54,607 bases of DNA from Octopus bimaculoides (GCF_001194135.2 NC_069001.1:9003824-9058430); one strand, 5' to 3'; positions 12,387 to 25,906 are shown, counted from the stretch's first letter. Notes: generated from the letters alone by a model not told the origin. A program made the numbers and translations.

Positions 12387-12523
12387 AAGTTCACCGCCAT
12401 CAATTCACCGGGAAGAAAGTTCACCGAGATAATATATCCATAGTATTTCACCATTAAAAGTTAAAAACTAATTTATTGACAAAAAAAAAAGAAAAAAAGC
12501 TGTGAATTGATGACGGTGAACTT
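12387..12523. repeat. 137-bp element bounded by 22-bp inverted repeats
   Basis: AAGTTCACCGCCATCAATTCAC (12387-12408) versus GTGAATTGATGACGGTGAACTT (12502-12523): 21/22 complementary, with internal TTCACC repeats. Confidence 0.75.
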
Positions 12524-12626
12524 GTCGAACATGAAAGCAATCCCAGAGCATAAATGGTGACCTAGCAGATTGAAGCTGTATTTATTGATCGATCATCCGA
12601 TTCTGGCACCCTTTTTTGTGTGCATA

Positions 12627-12993
12627 TTCTTTTATTCTTTTACTTGTTTCAGTCATTTGACTGCAGCCATGCTGGAGCACCGCCTTGAAGGAATTTTAAT
12701 CCAACAAATCAACTCCAGGACTTATTTTTTTAAGCCTCGTACTTCTTCTATCAGTCTATTTTGCAGAGCCGCTGAGTTACGGGGACGTAAACACACCAAC
12801 ACCGGTTGTCAAGCGATGACGGAGGACAAACACAGACACATATACAGACATATATACCACGGGCTTTTTTTCAATTTCCGTCTACCAAATCCACTCACAC
12901 GGCTTTGGTCAGCCCGTGGCTATAGTAGAAGGCACTCGCTTAAGGTGCCACGCAGTGGGACTGAACTTGGAACCATATGGTTGGAAAGCAAGC
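12627..12993 (-). mobile_element. SINE family B, near full length
   Basis: Tail TGTTTCAGTCATTTGACTGCAGCCATGCTGGAGCACCGCC through to tRNA-like head GTGGGACTGAACTTGGAACCAT. Confidence 0.85.
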
Positions 12994-13439
12994 TTTTTTT
13001 CAGTTGTTTAATCATTAATCGGCTCTACTAAGAGTAGAAAGTACGTAGTTGTAACTATCCCGTTTTATTCATATGTTCAGAAAGACGGAACCTCTGAAGT
13101 GGTCTGGTGTTTGACTCAGCCTTTGACAACTTCTGCTTGCCAAACTGGTTCCAAAATTGGCACTAAGTATATTGTTCTGTACTCCGTTGAGCCAAATCAG
13201 CGAGTCCAAGAGAAAGATTTCGGTGTCTAGGAAAGCCAGACAACCGGCCTAGGTTTGCACTCTGGAGAGGTAATTTCTGTCATTCTTTTTCCAAATACGA
13301 CATGGCATGATTTCAGGAAGATGTGGCTGCTATTTCTAGCATGTTGAGCAACTACGTAGAAACTCTCTAGCTGCAGGGCGCACAGCGTGACTGCGTTAGG
13401 ATGAGGTTATTACATATGGTTCTTCCTGATGGTGTGAAT

Positions 13440-13920
13440 ATTTTTTGAGCCCAGTATATTAGCAGCAATAAAGGATATGATCAAAATAAAGACAGGCAAT
13501 GTCATACATGCTAGACTCTTCAATAGCACCATCCTACCTGCGCTCTTATACACAAGTAAGGCGTGGAATACTTCGAAGAGGATAAACCATCGATTGGCTC
13601 TGATGCAAAGGACTATGGAAAGATCTATGCTGGGAATATTACGAGAGCATATTCGTTGCTCTGAAGTCATTCGAGAACGAAGTGGAGTGAACGATGTGAT
13701 CACAGAGTACCGAAAGCAGAAGTTCCGCTGAGCTGGGCATGTCGCAAGCTTCAAAGACAACAGGTGAACCCGCGCAGTTGCCGAATGGAATCCAAGAGAT
13801 TAGGAAAGGCTACTTGGAAAGCCTTCACAACGATGAGAAGACAATTTTGTTAACCGATTTGGCGCAAGATGGAAAATAATGGCGCAGTCAAGACGGAATT
13901 AGAAGCGCATTGTGACTAAG
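13440..13920 (+). mobile_element. RTE-clade LINE 3' fragment, degenerate
   Basis: ARLFNSTILPALLYTSKAW..QRTMERSMLGI..VIRERSGVNDVI..KFR*AGHVA..W.PRD. Confidence 0.8.
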
Positions 13921-14679
13921 GGTGTACAATAGCATCTGGTGGTCTGCTTGATACTGTGATATCAGCAGCGTGTGTGTTTAAATGTGTGTACATGTGAGCG
14001 TACATATATATGTGAGCGTGTGCGAGTGCGTGTGCTCGTAAATACTCTATACAGTGTATACAAAAAAATTTTTTCGAAGTCGTATCCCATGACATTTGAT
14101 GACGGAAGATTTGCGAAGCAGCTTTTCGATCAGAAACCGCCATCGAAGAAATCATATCTGAAGTGTCCTTCCCTAAACGTCATGCATTTCTTTCGTAGTT
14201 TTATACACACTTTTATACGTTGTTTTCTTTCCATCCTGAATATTTACCAAAATCATATTTCACAATCAAGTGTTGTTTCTTTAATTTTTCTTCTAATTAC
14301 AATTAATTTCTTTTTCAATTATTTATAACAGTAACAACTATTTTGCTTCCCGACCCTCTTTACATTATTTTTTTTTAAGAATATTTGTTTTGTTTGCTTT
14401 ATTTGGATAAATATCAATATATTCGGACAAGCATTCTCATCTTAATACTTAGAGGTACAACTTTCGGCCGCTGTATTCTCTGGCGTTTTTCAAGTGCCTG
14501 TTGTATTCAGTTGCGTTCTCGGAATTTCGTGAATTTAATAAAGGGCTCTTTTCGAAAATTTGAGAACATTACTGAATATGACAAGTATCCCGATGCCGGA
14601 GGATTCAGCAACCGAAAATTGTGAGTTTAATAACCAAGACGAAGACAATAGCCCGAATATGTCAGATTTCAATCATTTA

Positions 14680-15003
14680 AGGCACAGATCACAAATTTAG
14701 GGAAAGGAATTAGTCGAATATATCGATCCCTGTACTTGACTGGTATTTTACATTATCGATTTTGGAAGGATGGAACACAATGTTGATATCACGGGGATTT
14801 GTCCATAGAACGTAGAGAAAAAGTATTTGTTCCAAATTTTGGCGCAGGAGGCCCCAGTGCTCAGCTGGTACTTATTTTATCGATCCCGAAAGGATAAAAG
14901 CAAAGTCGACCTCGGCGGAATTTGAACTCAGAATGTAAAGATTGACGAAATGCCGCTAAGAATTTTTGTCAGGCGTGCCAACGATTCCGCCAGCTTGCCA
15001 CCT
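14680..15003 (-). mobile_element. Two SINE-A copies (one partial)
   Basis: GATCCCGAAAGGATAAAAGCAAAGTCGACCTCGGCGGAATTTGAACTCAG..GCCAGCTTGCCACC. Confidence 0.75.
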
Positions 15004-15836
15004 TATAAAACTAGAAAAAATATTGTATAGCAATTTGCCTTACGCTCAAATGATTCTACCAACCCGCTGCTCTGGTAATTCCTGCATTGGAACTCTTCAT
15101 GATAAATTTACCTTTGATATTTTGTAACATTAGAAATGTTAATATCCAATATATCTTATACTATTTTGTACTGGTGTTGTTTTGTTTCAAGTTAGATATT
15201 CTAGCCATGATTCGTACAGCTTCTCTTCCTGTATCGAGGAAATAGGATTATATTATCCAATGTATCTGAATTTTTGTGAAAACAAACTATTTTTCACGAT
15301 TAATTGACTGATTGCATTCCCAATATGGCGACTCAGACTATCACTAGTTTCCTCCGATTCTTGCAACTCATTTATCGTCTGCTTATATTAAGTGAGCCAC
15401 AAAGGCCATTATAAAGTTTTGGTGGTTCATGATGTCCCAGAAAGATTAATTTGGAAGATTATGATTTCAGTATGACTCCTTCTGAAGGGAGACAACAAAA
15501 AGAAAGAAAGAAAGAACGAAAAGTGAGTGTGTTAAATGAAATTGCTGTAGTTTTTAGGTACAGGTCACAAATATGGAAAGCATTCCAATCGTGATCATCC
15601 TGCCTTCTTTTTATATATATATATCAAAAACTGCATTTTTCTATATGACCTTTCTTTTTTAAGATGGTAGGGCATAACTGGAAAGAGATTTGATTGTTAT
15701 ACTTCTATCAGAGAAAGTCATAGGTTGGTTTTATCCGTTATATATCACCGCCCCACAGATGCAAAATGTAAACAAAATATAAACTCTCATTCCCTATCTC
15801 TCTCTCACACACGTACTTAGAAAAAGATAGGAACTG

Positions 15837-15868
<32 letters not shown>

Positions 15869-16069
15869 GGATAGATAAATATATATATAGAGAGAGAGAG
15901 AGAGTGAATGAAAAAGACAGAGAGAAAGAAAGATATTTATATATATACTGAAAACAGTTTTATTGCCATTTTATTTTTGTTCCTTACAATTCAGCTAGAA
16001 GAACCTAGAAAAGTAAAAAAACAATACAACACGTATTGTTTGAAGAGAAAAGAGATGTTAGTTTCTATG

Positions 16070-16277
16070 TAAGGCACAGGGCTACAAATTTGAGACGGGA
16101 GGAACAGTCGATGAAATCGACGCCAGTACTTGACTGGTACTTTATTTGAAAAAGACCACAGAAAGATGAAAGACAAAGTTGACCTGGGTGGAATTTGAAC
16201 TCAGAATATAAAGGGACGTAATTAAAAACTGTAAAGCATTTTGTCCGACGCCCTACTAATTCTGCCATCCCGCTGCC
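16070..16277 (-). mobile_element. SINE-A copy about 640 nt downstream of the IF stop codon
   Basis: GAAAGATGAAAGACAAAGTTGACC..GGAATTTGAACTCAG..TCTGCCATCCCGCTGCC. Confidence 0.75.
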
Positions 16278-16912
16278 ATTGTCAATCTGCCGCTCTAAGG
16301 TTAAGAAAGATAAGGCACACTAATCTTCTGGAAAACCTAATCCCATCTTCCCAATAATGTTTCAGATGCATTTTGATTTTTTTTCCTTTTGTATGTAATA
16401 TAAAGAACCTTTTCCAAAATTTGATTTTCTGTCTTACCTTCAATACAAGTTTTATCAAACGATAAGTGTTTTTAAATATACGGATGGAAATATGTTGAAT
16501 CAGTCACAATGTAGGCACCTAGGACCCACACCGACCGAAAATTAGTTGCGTTATCTACGAAATTGTCTAGATCCCTAGCCCAACAACCATTTGTATTTTG
16601 GGAATATATGAAATAACAAGCGAAAGCAGTTGAGAGTATTTAATATTAATGTAGCTTAGCCATAAAATATGCTGTGTTGAGGACTGAATAGAGCATTTTT
16701 CTTTTCTAAATTATGTCATTCTTTAGAGAATGGTGTAAAATTGTAATAAAAAAAGGAGAAATAAAGAAAACAACAAAGTAAAGAATTATATTATCCCTCA
16801 ACTGAAGATATTATATAAGAAACTCTTTGCAATAAAATAATTAATCTTCTGGAAGTTGAGATAGAGACAAAAGGTCTTCTTGGCCAGGACTTCCTCTATC
16901 AAAACAAGAGTC

Positions 16913-16948
16913 TTAGCCAGAGTATTTGACGTGGAGCAAGGCTCTTTC
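16913..16948 (-). CDS. IF gene last coding exon ([11 protein letters not shown]-stop)
   Basis: Strong acceptor ttttatcttttcag|, phase 0. Completes the tail domain and resembles the recalled Helix IF-A ending (EKATLIAKFSG). TAA at 16915-16913. Confidence 0.8.
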   Translation of the reverse strand, partial: ERALLHVKYSG

Positions 16949-16991
16949 CTGAAAAGATAAAATGAAAGAATGTTATTGATACATATTATTA

Positions 16992-17030
<39 letters not shown>

Positions 17031-17574
17031 NNNNNNNNNNTATTATTATTATTATTATTATTATTATTATCATTATTATTATTATATGAGGGCACATGGC
17101 CTAGTGGGTGCATGGTGTTGTACTCACGATCGCGAGATCGTGTTTCAATTTCCAGACCACGTGGTGCGTTGTGTTCTTGAGCGAGCAAAACACATCGACA
17201 CTTGACGCGTGCTACACTGTACACTTGATGAAAGGAGTGAGCTAACTAGTTATTACTAATACTCAAGTTTCATCTGAGTCGACAGAAGTCACTGGAAACA
17301 AAATGGCTTTATTGATGACTCAAAGCGAAGTCCGAGAATTGAACACACGACCTAAGGGCCAGGAGTCAAACACTCAAAACAGTAAGCCACGTGGTTTTTA
17401 GGCTGGTTCTTCGTTGGTTCAGATAACAAGCATTCAGTTGTGGAAAAGGCTAGATCCTTACTGATAAAATTAACGAATAAATGGCCGAGTATCCCACAGA
17501 CACGTATGTGCTTGTACTGTTAACGTATAATGTGACAAGGCTTCACCTTTGACTCACAAGTATACTACTGAGAG

Positions 17575-17605
<31 letters not shown>

Positions 17606-17804
17606 AAGAATGAAAGAGAGAGAGAGAGAAAGAGGAAGGGAGAGAGAGAGAGAGAGAGAGAAGGATAAGTAATGGCATTTGATTGTCGACCCTAAAAGAA
17701 AGAAAAAAGCAAAGGACTGGATACAGCGAGTCTGAAGGAATGCTGCCTGGCATTCTTTTCCGTGCACAACTTTGCCAATTGGCATACACACATACATACA
17801 TACA

Positions 17805-17837
<33 letters not shown>

Positions 17838-19183
17838 GTATATTCAAACAGCATACATGCATACATACTTGTACACACATACATAGATGCACACATATAT
17901 ATATATACATGTATGTGTATGTATTTGTGTATTATTATACATTACCCTGTCGTTTTCGTCTCTCAACGTGATCCGAGATGCAACGTTCAGTGGGCCCCAT
18001 TCAATAACAGAGGAAGAAATAACTCCGTCCTTAGTATTACCATATTTTGAACCCCAGATCTGAAATTGAAAAAAACAAACAATAACAATAACAATAGCTA
18101 TTGTATATATTATATATATATATATATATAGGCGCAGGAGTGGATGTGTGGTAAGTAGCTTGCTTACCAACCACATGGTTCTGGGTTAAGTCCCACTGCG
18201 TGACATCTTGGGCAAGTGTCTTCTACTATAGTCTCGGGCCGACCAAAGCCTTGTGAGTGGATTTGGTAGACGGAAACTGAAAGAAGCCCGTCGTATATAT
18301 GTATATATATATGTGTGTGTGTGTGTTTGTGTGTCTGTGTTTGTCCCCCTAGCATTGCTTGACAACCGATGCTGGTGTGTTTATGTCCCCANNNNNNNNN
18401 NNNNNNNNNNNNNNNNNNNNNNNNNNNNNNNNNNNNNNNNNNNNNNNNNNNNNNNNNNNNNNNNNNNNNNNNNNNNNNNNNNNNNNNNNNNNNNNNNNNN
18501 NNNNNNNNNNNNNNNNNNNNNNNNNNNNNNNNNNNNNNNNNNNNNNNNNNNNNNNNNNNNNNNNNNNNNNNNNNNNNNNNNNNNNNNNNNNNNNNNNNNN
18601 NNNNNNNNNNNNNNNNNNNNNNNNNNNNNNNNNNNNNNNNNNNNNNNNNNNNNNNNNNNNNNNNNNNNNNNNNNNNNNNNNNNNNNNNNNNNNNNNNNNN
18701 NNNNNNNNNNNNNNNNNNNNNNNNNNNNNNNNNNNNNNNNNNNNNNNNNNNNNNNNNNNNNNNNNNNNNNNNNNNNNNNNNNNNNNNNNNNNNNNNNNNN
18801 NNNNNNNNNNNNNNNNNNNNNNNNNNNNNNNNNNNNNNNNNNNNNNNNNNNNNNNNNNNNNNNNNNNNNNNNNNNNNNNNNNNNNNNNNNNNNNNNNNNN
18901 NNNNNNNNNNNNNNNNNNNNNNNNNNNNNNNNNNNNNNNNNNNNNNNNNNNNNNNNNNNNNNNNNNNNNNNNNNNNNNNNNNNNNNNNNNNNNNNNNNNN
19001 NNNNNNNNNNNNNNNNNNNNNNNNNNNNNNNNNNNNNNNNNNNNNNNNNNNNNNNNNNNNNNNNNNNNNNNNNNNNNNNNNNNNNNNNNNNNNNNNNNNN
19101 NNNNNNNNNNNNNNNNNNNNNNNNNNNNNNNNNNNNNNNNNNNNNNNNNNNNNNNNNNNNNNNNNNNNNNNNNNNNNNNNNNN

Positions 19184-19231
<48 letters not shown>

Positions 19232-20279
19232 TATATCCATATATCAATAGCTATATCTATCTATCTACCTATCTACTTATACATATATATATATATGAAC
19301 ATATATGTATATATAAGCGTGTATATATATATGTATATATATATATATATATGTATCTGTATATAGATAGATAGATAGATAGATAGATATAATATGAGTA
19401 AAGGATATAAGTAAGGGATCTAAGAGATCCAGTGTAGTTAGTATCACTGATTTGTATTTCACGAAATGGTCGCACAGAAACACGATTTATTTAAATAGTG
19501 TGTGTGTGTGTGTGTCTGTGCATGTGTGATTCTTTATATATATATATATATATATATGTANNNNNNNNNNNNNNNNNNNNNNNNNNNNNNNNNNNNNNNN
19601 NNNNNNNNNNNNNNNNNNNNNNNNNNNNNNNNNNNNNNNNNNNNNNNNNNNNNNNNNNNNNNNNNNNNNNNNNNNNNNNNNNNNNNNNNNNNNNNNNNNN
19701 NNNNNNNNNNNNNNNNNNNNNNNNNNNNNNNNNNNNNNNNNNNNNNNNNNNNNNNNNNNNNNNNNNNNNNNNNNNNNNNNNNNNNNNNNNNNNNNNNNNN
19801 NNNNNNNNNNNNNNNNNNNNNNNNNNNNNNNNNNNNNNNNNNNNNNNNNNNNNNNNNNNNNNNNNNNNNNNNNNNNNNNNNNNNNNNNNNNNNNNNNNNN
19901 NNNNNNNNNNNNNNNNNNNNNNNNNNNNNNNNNNNNNNNNNNNNNNNNNNNNNNNNNNNNNNNNNNNNNNNNNNNNNNNNNNNNNNNNNNNNNNNNNNNN
20001 NNNNNNNNNNNNNNNNNNNNNNNNNNNNNNNNNNNNNNNNNNNNNNNNNNNNNNNNNNNNNNNNNNNNNNNNNNNNNNNNNNNNNNNNNNNNNNNNNNNN
20101 NNNNNNNNNNNNNNNNNNNNNNNNNNNNNNNNNNNNNNNNNNNNNNNNNNNNNNNNNNNNNNNNNNNNNNNNNNNNNNNNNNNNNNNNNNNNNNNNNNNN
20201 NNNNNNNNNNNNNNNNNNNNNNNNNNNNNNNNNNNNNNNNNNNNNNNNNNNNNNNNNNNNNNNNNNNNNNNNNNNNNNN

Positions 20280-20330
<51 letters not shown>

Positions 20331-23300
20331 AAAAGAGAGAGAGAGGGAGAGAAAGCGAGAGAATGGGGAGAGAGAAGAGAGGGACAATTCACATATAGAG
20401 ATATATTCAAATACTAATTTAGCGTGCCGTCTACGTTAGTATTATTAGCCTACGCTGGGAAATGAACTCGTCTGGGTTAGCGTTTAGGATTTAGGGTTAG
20501 GTTATGATTTAGGTTTAAGCTTAGGGTTTAGGATCAGGTTTCGAGTTAAGGTTTGGTTTAACACAAAAGTGTAAATGCTCAGGTAGACCGCACGCTAAAC
20601 TGTAAATGGTAAGGTATATCTCACGTTACTACGACACCTATTATCATTCATAGGTAAACAATACGCAAATTGTACTAAACAGGTTATAGTTCGTTCAAAA
20701 AGTGTAAATTACATTAAAGTGGTCTATAAAATGTGTAAGGGGAAAATAAATTTTTCGTAAAATTATGATTGTTGCCTACGCCTTAAAATATGGAATGGAT
20801 GTTTTGGGTAATATTTAAAACGTATATGTATATGTATATATATATATATATNNNNNNNNNNNNNNNNNNNNNNNNNNNNNNNNNNNNNNNNNNNNNNNNN
20901 NNNNNNNNNNNNNNNNNNNNNNNNNNNNNNNNNNNNNNNNNNNNNNNNNNNNNNNNNNNNNNNNNNNNNNNNNNNNNNNNNNNNNNNNNNNNNNNNNNNN
21001 NNNNNNNNNNNNNNNNNNNNNNNNNNNNNNNNNNNNNNNNNNNNNNNTATAACATGGCTGTAGGTCATAACACCCGGGTAATGCCGGGGTGCATTGCTAG
21101 TATATATATAAAATGTATAAATAAATATATATGTAAATATACATGTATACATATATAATACATATGTGTGTGTATACATATATATGTGTGTGTGTGTGTT
21201 TGTGCGTTTGTGTATGTATATATATCTGTATTTATGCATATATGTGTGTGAGTGTGTGTATACATACATACACATACACTCACACATATTACTTAATCTA
21301 AGGGCTTCAGTATTTTTGTATAAATTACCGTGTCCAGAATGCATATGAGGCACTCCGTCAGTTACGACGACGAGAATTCCAGTTGATTCAATCAACGGAA
21401 CAGCCTGTTCGTGAAATTAACGTGCAAGTGACTGAGCACTCCATAGATACGTGTACTCTTAACGTAGTTCTCGGGGAGATTGAACATGACACAGTGTGAC
21501 AAGGCTGACCCCTTTGAAATACAGGCACAACAGAAACAGGAAGTAAGAGTCAGAGATAGTTGCAATGAAAGAGTACAGCAAGGGTCACCACCAACCCCTG
21601 CTGGAGCCTCGTGGAGCTTTAGGTGTTTTTCGCTCAATAAACACTCACAACGCCCGATCTGGGAATCGAAACCGTGATACTACGACCGCGGGTCCACTAC
21701 CCTAATCTCTGGGCCATTGTGCCTCCACAATACATATGTATGTATACACACACGTATGCACACACGCGCGCGCGCACACACATGCACACATACGCACACA
21801 CACACATACACAAACACGCGTGGCCATAATAACGAAGTAATAATGGTTTAGCTAATAGTTTTAATTGCTTTGCTCTTATTAACTTTATGTCTTGTATTGA
21901 GTGCTCCTCCTGAAGCTTGTCTTCATAAATGTGTGTGCTTGTATGCGTGTGCATGCGTTTCATTGTGTGTGTCTTAAACAGATCTAAGATGTGAAAGAAA
22001 AACGTAGAAGAAAGAAAGGTGGGTGTTAGAATTGTTAAAAGAACAAAAGCGTGACAATACCAAAGGGTGTGTTATACACGGAGTTGAAGATTACACACAA
22101 AAAGCAGTTACTGCGTGCACAGCAATGCATTCCTAATCTTACCCTTCCCACCTTTGAGCTTTCTGTTATTTGAACGTATTTTCCGTTTGGCTCTACTTCT
22201 GCGATCGAAACGGTTCCGCTAGCAGTTCGGTTGATGGTGATTTTACCTGGTAACAATAGAATATATAAAAACTTTTAGGTTTGTGTATCCATGCATGTAC
22301 ATATACACGTATATATATACACACACATACACACATGCATGAAATTATACATACATCGATACATACAGCATGCGTACATACATATATGGTATCAAAAAGT
22401 TCCGGGACTAGTTATGTTTAATAAAAAATAACTTATCATCTTCGACATAGTCACCTCGCGCAGCAAAACACTGGTCTCAGCGTTCCTGCCATTTTGGGAA
22501 TTCAGCATAGAAGTCGTTTTCCGTAAGCGAGTCAAGGGCCTTCTGCGATTCGCTCTAGTTTGCTAGCATTGCTAGCTCTCACTACGCACTCAACCATGTC
22601 CTGCCATCTCTTGGCGTGCTACAGAACTAATCCAGGAACGTTTTGATGCCACCTCGTACATACATACATACACGGTGGCTTTTAACTTGTGAAGACTTAT
22701 GACAATTACTGACAAGTTATCTTACCCTTTGTGACGCTTATCTTTTTTGTCATCCAAATTCTAGTTAATGTGCATTTTCCCCTTTAGAAACCACATCAAC
22801 GTACAATAAAATTAACTAGCAAAAGAAACAAAACAAAAAGACGTATGCACATACATACAAATATACGTTTTAGAAAATTACGAGAAATGAGTACTCAATG
22901 CAAATCTAAAGCAGTATTTCTCAACGTGGGAAACACCTCACAGAAGTAGAGCATAACAATATTATGTTGGTATGGGGGGTTACTTCGAAATGGGGTGTAA
23001 GTAAGAAGTAACAAGCGTATAAAACTTCTACTAAAGTTTTAATTAAAACTTATTTTAGAAATAAATGTTTTATGACCTAACTTTCTCCGTTCGTAGTGAA
23101 GTACACATATTTTAATTTATTTTGAGAATCGAAGGATAGTACTGAAGAAATTGGTTGAGAAATACTAATCAAGAGTTTATTCTAGGAGCCACTTGGTTAT
23201 TTACTCTGTTGTTACTCAGAGTTTCATACCACATGCTGTTCGATCACGTAACTTGAGGATGAATGAATACATCATTAAGTCGATTCTCATTGGTTGGAGG

Positions 23301-25906
23301 TGGTCATCTGATAAGCTGACTTGCACCTAACAGATTCTGTTGTTAATGCTACTCACTGGATCTACTAATCGATAAGGGAGAATACTCTCTTTATGATATG
23401 TAAGAGTCAGGGGCGACTACCACGGTCGATCTGGGTATTGCAGCTTATGCAAATCCAGAAGTCTCTCTAGAGCCTTCGTTGGAAGCAGAGAGATAGTATC
23501 TCCGACCTTCTATTCAGCATCATTGGCAATATGGCTGGCTATTTTATGGCGCTAGCTTAAGATCTGTGGGTTCTACAAGTGACTTAAAATAACGGGGTAG
23601 ATTTATTTCTGATGTGAATAGCGTATAGTTCTTTTCAAAACTATCTGAAGTTGTTAGTAGTCGTTTTAATTATCATTGCTTGGGTAATTTATTGAGCTTT
23701 CCGAATTTACAAGGTGGTTGTTAAAGTGGGAAATGTCTAGGTAAGCGGCTAAAACTATAGTACGAGATCTGGTAATCTATGCTCTCCAGTCAAGAATAGC
23801 TTTCTTTAAAGTTACTTCCGTTGAAAAACTTGTGGTTTTCATGCATAGCTGAGAAATAGAATTGTACTGGGGATACAAATTATCTGGTTATGTTTCTCTT
23901 TGCCTCTACACTTATGATGAATAGTGGAGAGAACTAAGTTATTTATTTGTTCTTGATTCTGCAGCCGTGTCTGTAGAGGAGAGAAGGGTTGTTTTTGCTA
24001 ACGTCATTTCTTGCTCGTACGTCGTTCAAAATGAAAAATTCCTTATTGAAAATTATCCTGTCAAAAAACAAATTATGAACATCAACTTATTCTGTCTACA
24101 AGACTCTTTGAGCTGAAATGTTCCACGTAATCTCCCAATTTTGGTCGAGTCTCTCGTGTTTTCGTTTCTATGCTTATAATGTTACAGCTGGTAGGACAAG
24201 TTTTTTTTTTTTGCTCATGTGATTTAGAATCTCTTGTGTTATTTGAAAGGCATTATACGAATATTTAAGGTTTAATGGAGATATTTAGTGAGATGTCAGA
24301 ACCTTTTTTTACAATACAAAACAATGTACTAATGTATTTCCTTCTTGTAAGAAGCAGGAGTGTTGTATAAGTAACGATTAATTAATTAATTTGCTCTGAC
24401 CAGTTCAGATCATCTTATGGGCAGTGAGTCATATATTATTTATATATGTATAAATAAAGTGCATACGAATACATACTTAAGTGTATATTATTGGTTACTG
24501 AACCAAGTTGTTGAGATATTCGCTATTATAAAAAAAATTCAATACACTAAGAATGTCGATGTATCATAATGCATTTTATGCACTAATGTGTGCATGTACA
24601 CACATCCTATGTGTATATTTCAGTGTGCGCATGTGCGCGCATGCGCGTTGAATCCTTCCCTCCTCGTCTAAAGTGTGATATGGCTTAATGCAACTATATT
24701 TATTCACGATATAGTTCATTGCTGTTAATATTTAACACATGCACCAACCCAACTTTTTTCCTGTTTACATATTCTCTGTAGATATTGATGTAAAGCTATT
24801 CATGTTGAGCATCGCCTCATCAATGCCACTAAATTGGAAGAGGTTACAAAATTGATAGAACACGCCTCACCTCCTGCAATACTAAACTTTTAAATAAAGC
24901 AATAAGATAAGGGCTTCCATTGCAGCTCTTTTGTTTCAATTCTATCCTCAAATTGCCAAAGAGAGATTAGTATAAACATTTTGAAAGGAATATGAAAAAG
25001 TTGACTTACCAGTTTCAGGTGTGTGGAAACCTGAAGAAGCCCTTTGTTGCAGAGCATTAGCTAATGCCTCTTCCGAATGACTCTGATAACCGCCAATTGA
25101 CTGAACCACACTGCCAAGACTAAGTCTGTAAAGAGGCAAAATTTAGAGGGGCGAGAAATTGAAAGGATTATAAACTAATCAAGAATGAAATATCAATATA
25201 CGAACTGTTAACGTCATTCTTAAATTTAAAAACAGTTTTTTTTTATTAAAATATTTATGGTTTTATATTTAGATATTTATTAACATCACTCAAAACGGAA
25301 TCTCAGCTATTGCAGTTTTAGCACCCATCTCAGACTTTTATAAAGTCCATTTAGAATAATTTTGATTTCTTTAAAAAGTAAAGATTTCTGACTACTACTA
25401 CTACTACTACTAATAATAATAATAATAATAATGGTTTAGAATTTTTCCACAAGGGCAGCCATTTTGGGGGAGGAGATGAGTCTATTACATCTACCCCAGT
25501 GTTTCACTGGTACTTAATTTATCGATCCCTAGAGGACGAAGGCAAAGTCAACCTCGGCGGAATTTGAACTCAGAATGTAGCGACGGACGAAATACTGTTA
25601 AGCATTTCATCCAACGCCCTAATGATTCTGCCAGCTCGCCGCCTTAATAATAATAATTATTATTATTATTATTATTATTATCCTTTCTACTGGAAGCACA
25701 GGGTCTCAAATTTGGGGGCAAGGGATTAAGTCGATTACATCGATCCCCAGGAAGTAACTGGGACTAATTTTATCGACTCGAAAGGATGAAAAGCAAAGTC
25801 AACCTCGGCGGAATTCGAACTCAAAACCTAACGGCAAACGAAATACCGCTAAGCATTTCGCCCGGCGTGCTAACGTTTCTGCCAGCTCGCCGCCTCAATA
25901 ATGATG

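Noticed and set aside
14589-14672. Two possible hammerhead remnants (CCGATGC..CCGAAA and AGACGA..CCGAA)
   Set aside because: Two or more core positions are wrong in each and the stems are not convincing.
15460-15500. Strong minus-strand acceptor (tttgttgtctcccttcag) as an alternative last IF exon, KESY-stop
   Set aside because: The 16948 exon completes the tail domain and matches the known C-terminal pattern; this one has no similarity support.
18131-18200. tRNA-like A/B boxes in SINE heads as tRNA genes
   Set aside because: No complete cloverleaf; each continues into SINE body sequence.
21697-21963. Frame [17 protein letters not shown] as the missing IF exon 9
   Set aside because: No Trp/Gly strand pattern, poor pyrimidine tract and no suitable donor.
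24622-24647. TGCGCATGTGCGCGCATGCGCG, an NRF-1-like palindrome
   Set aside because: Indistinguishable from decayed (TG/CG/CA)n repeats common in this sequence.
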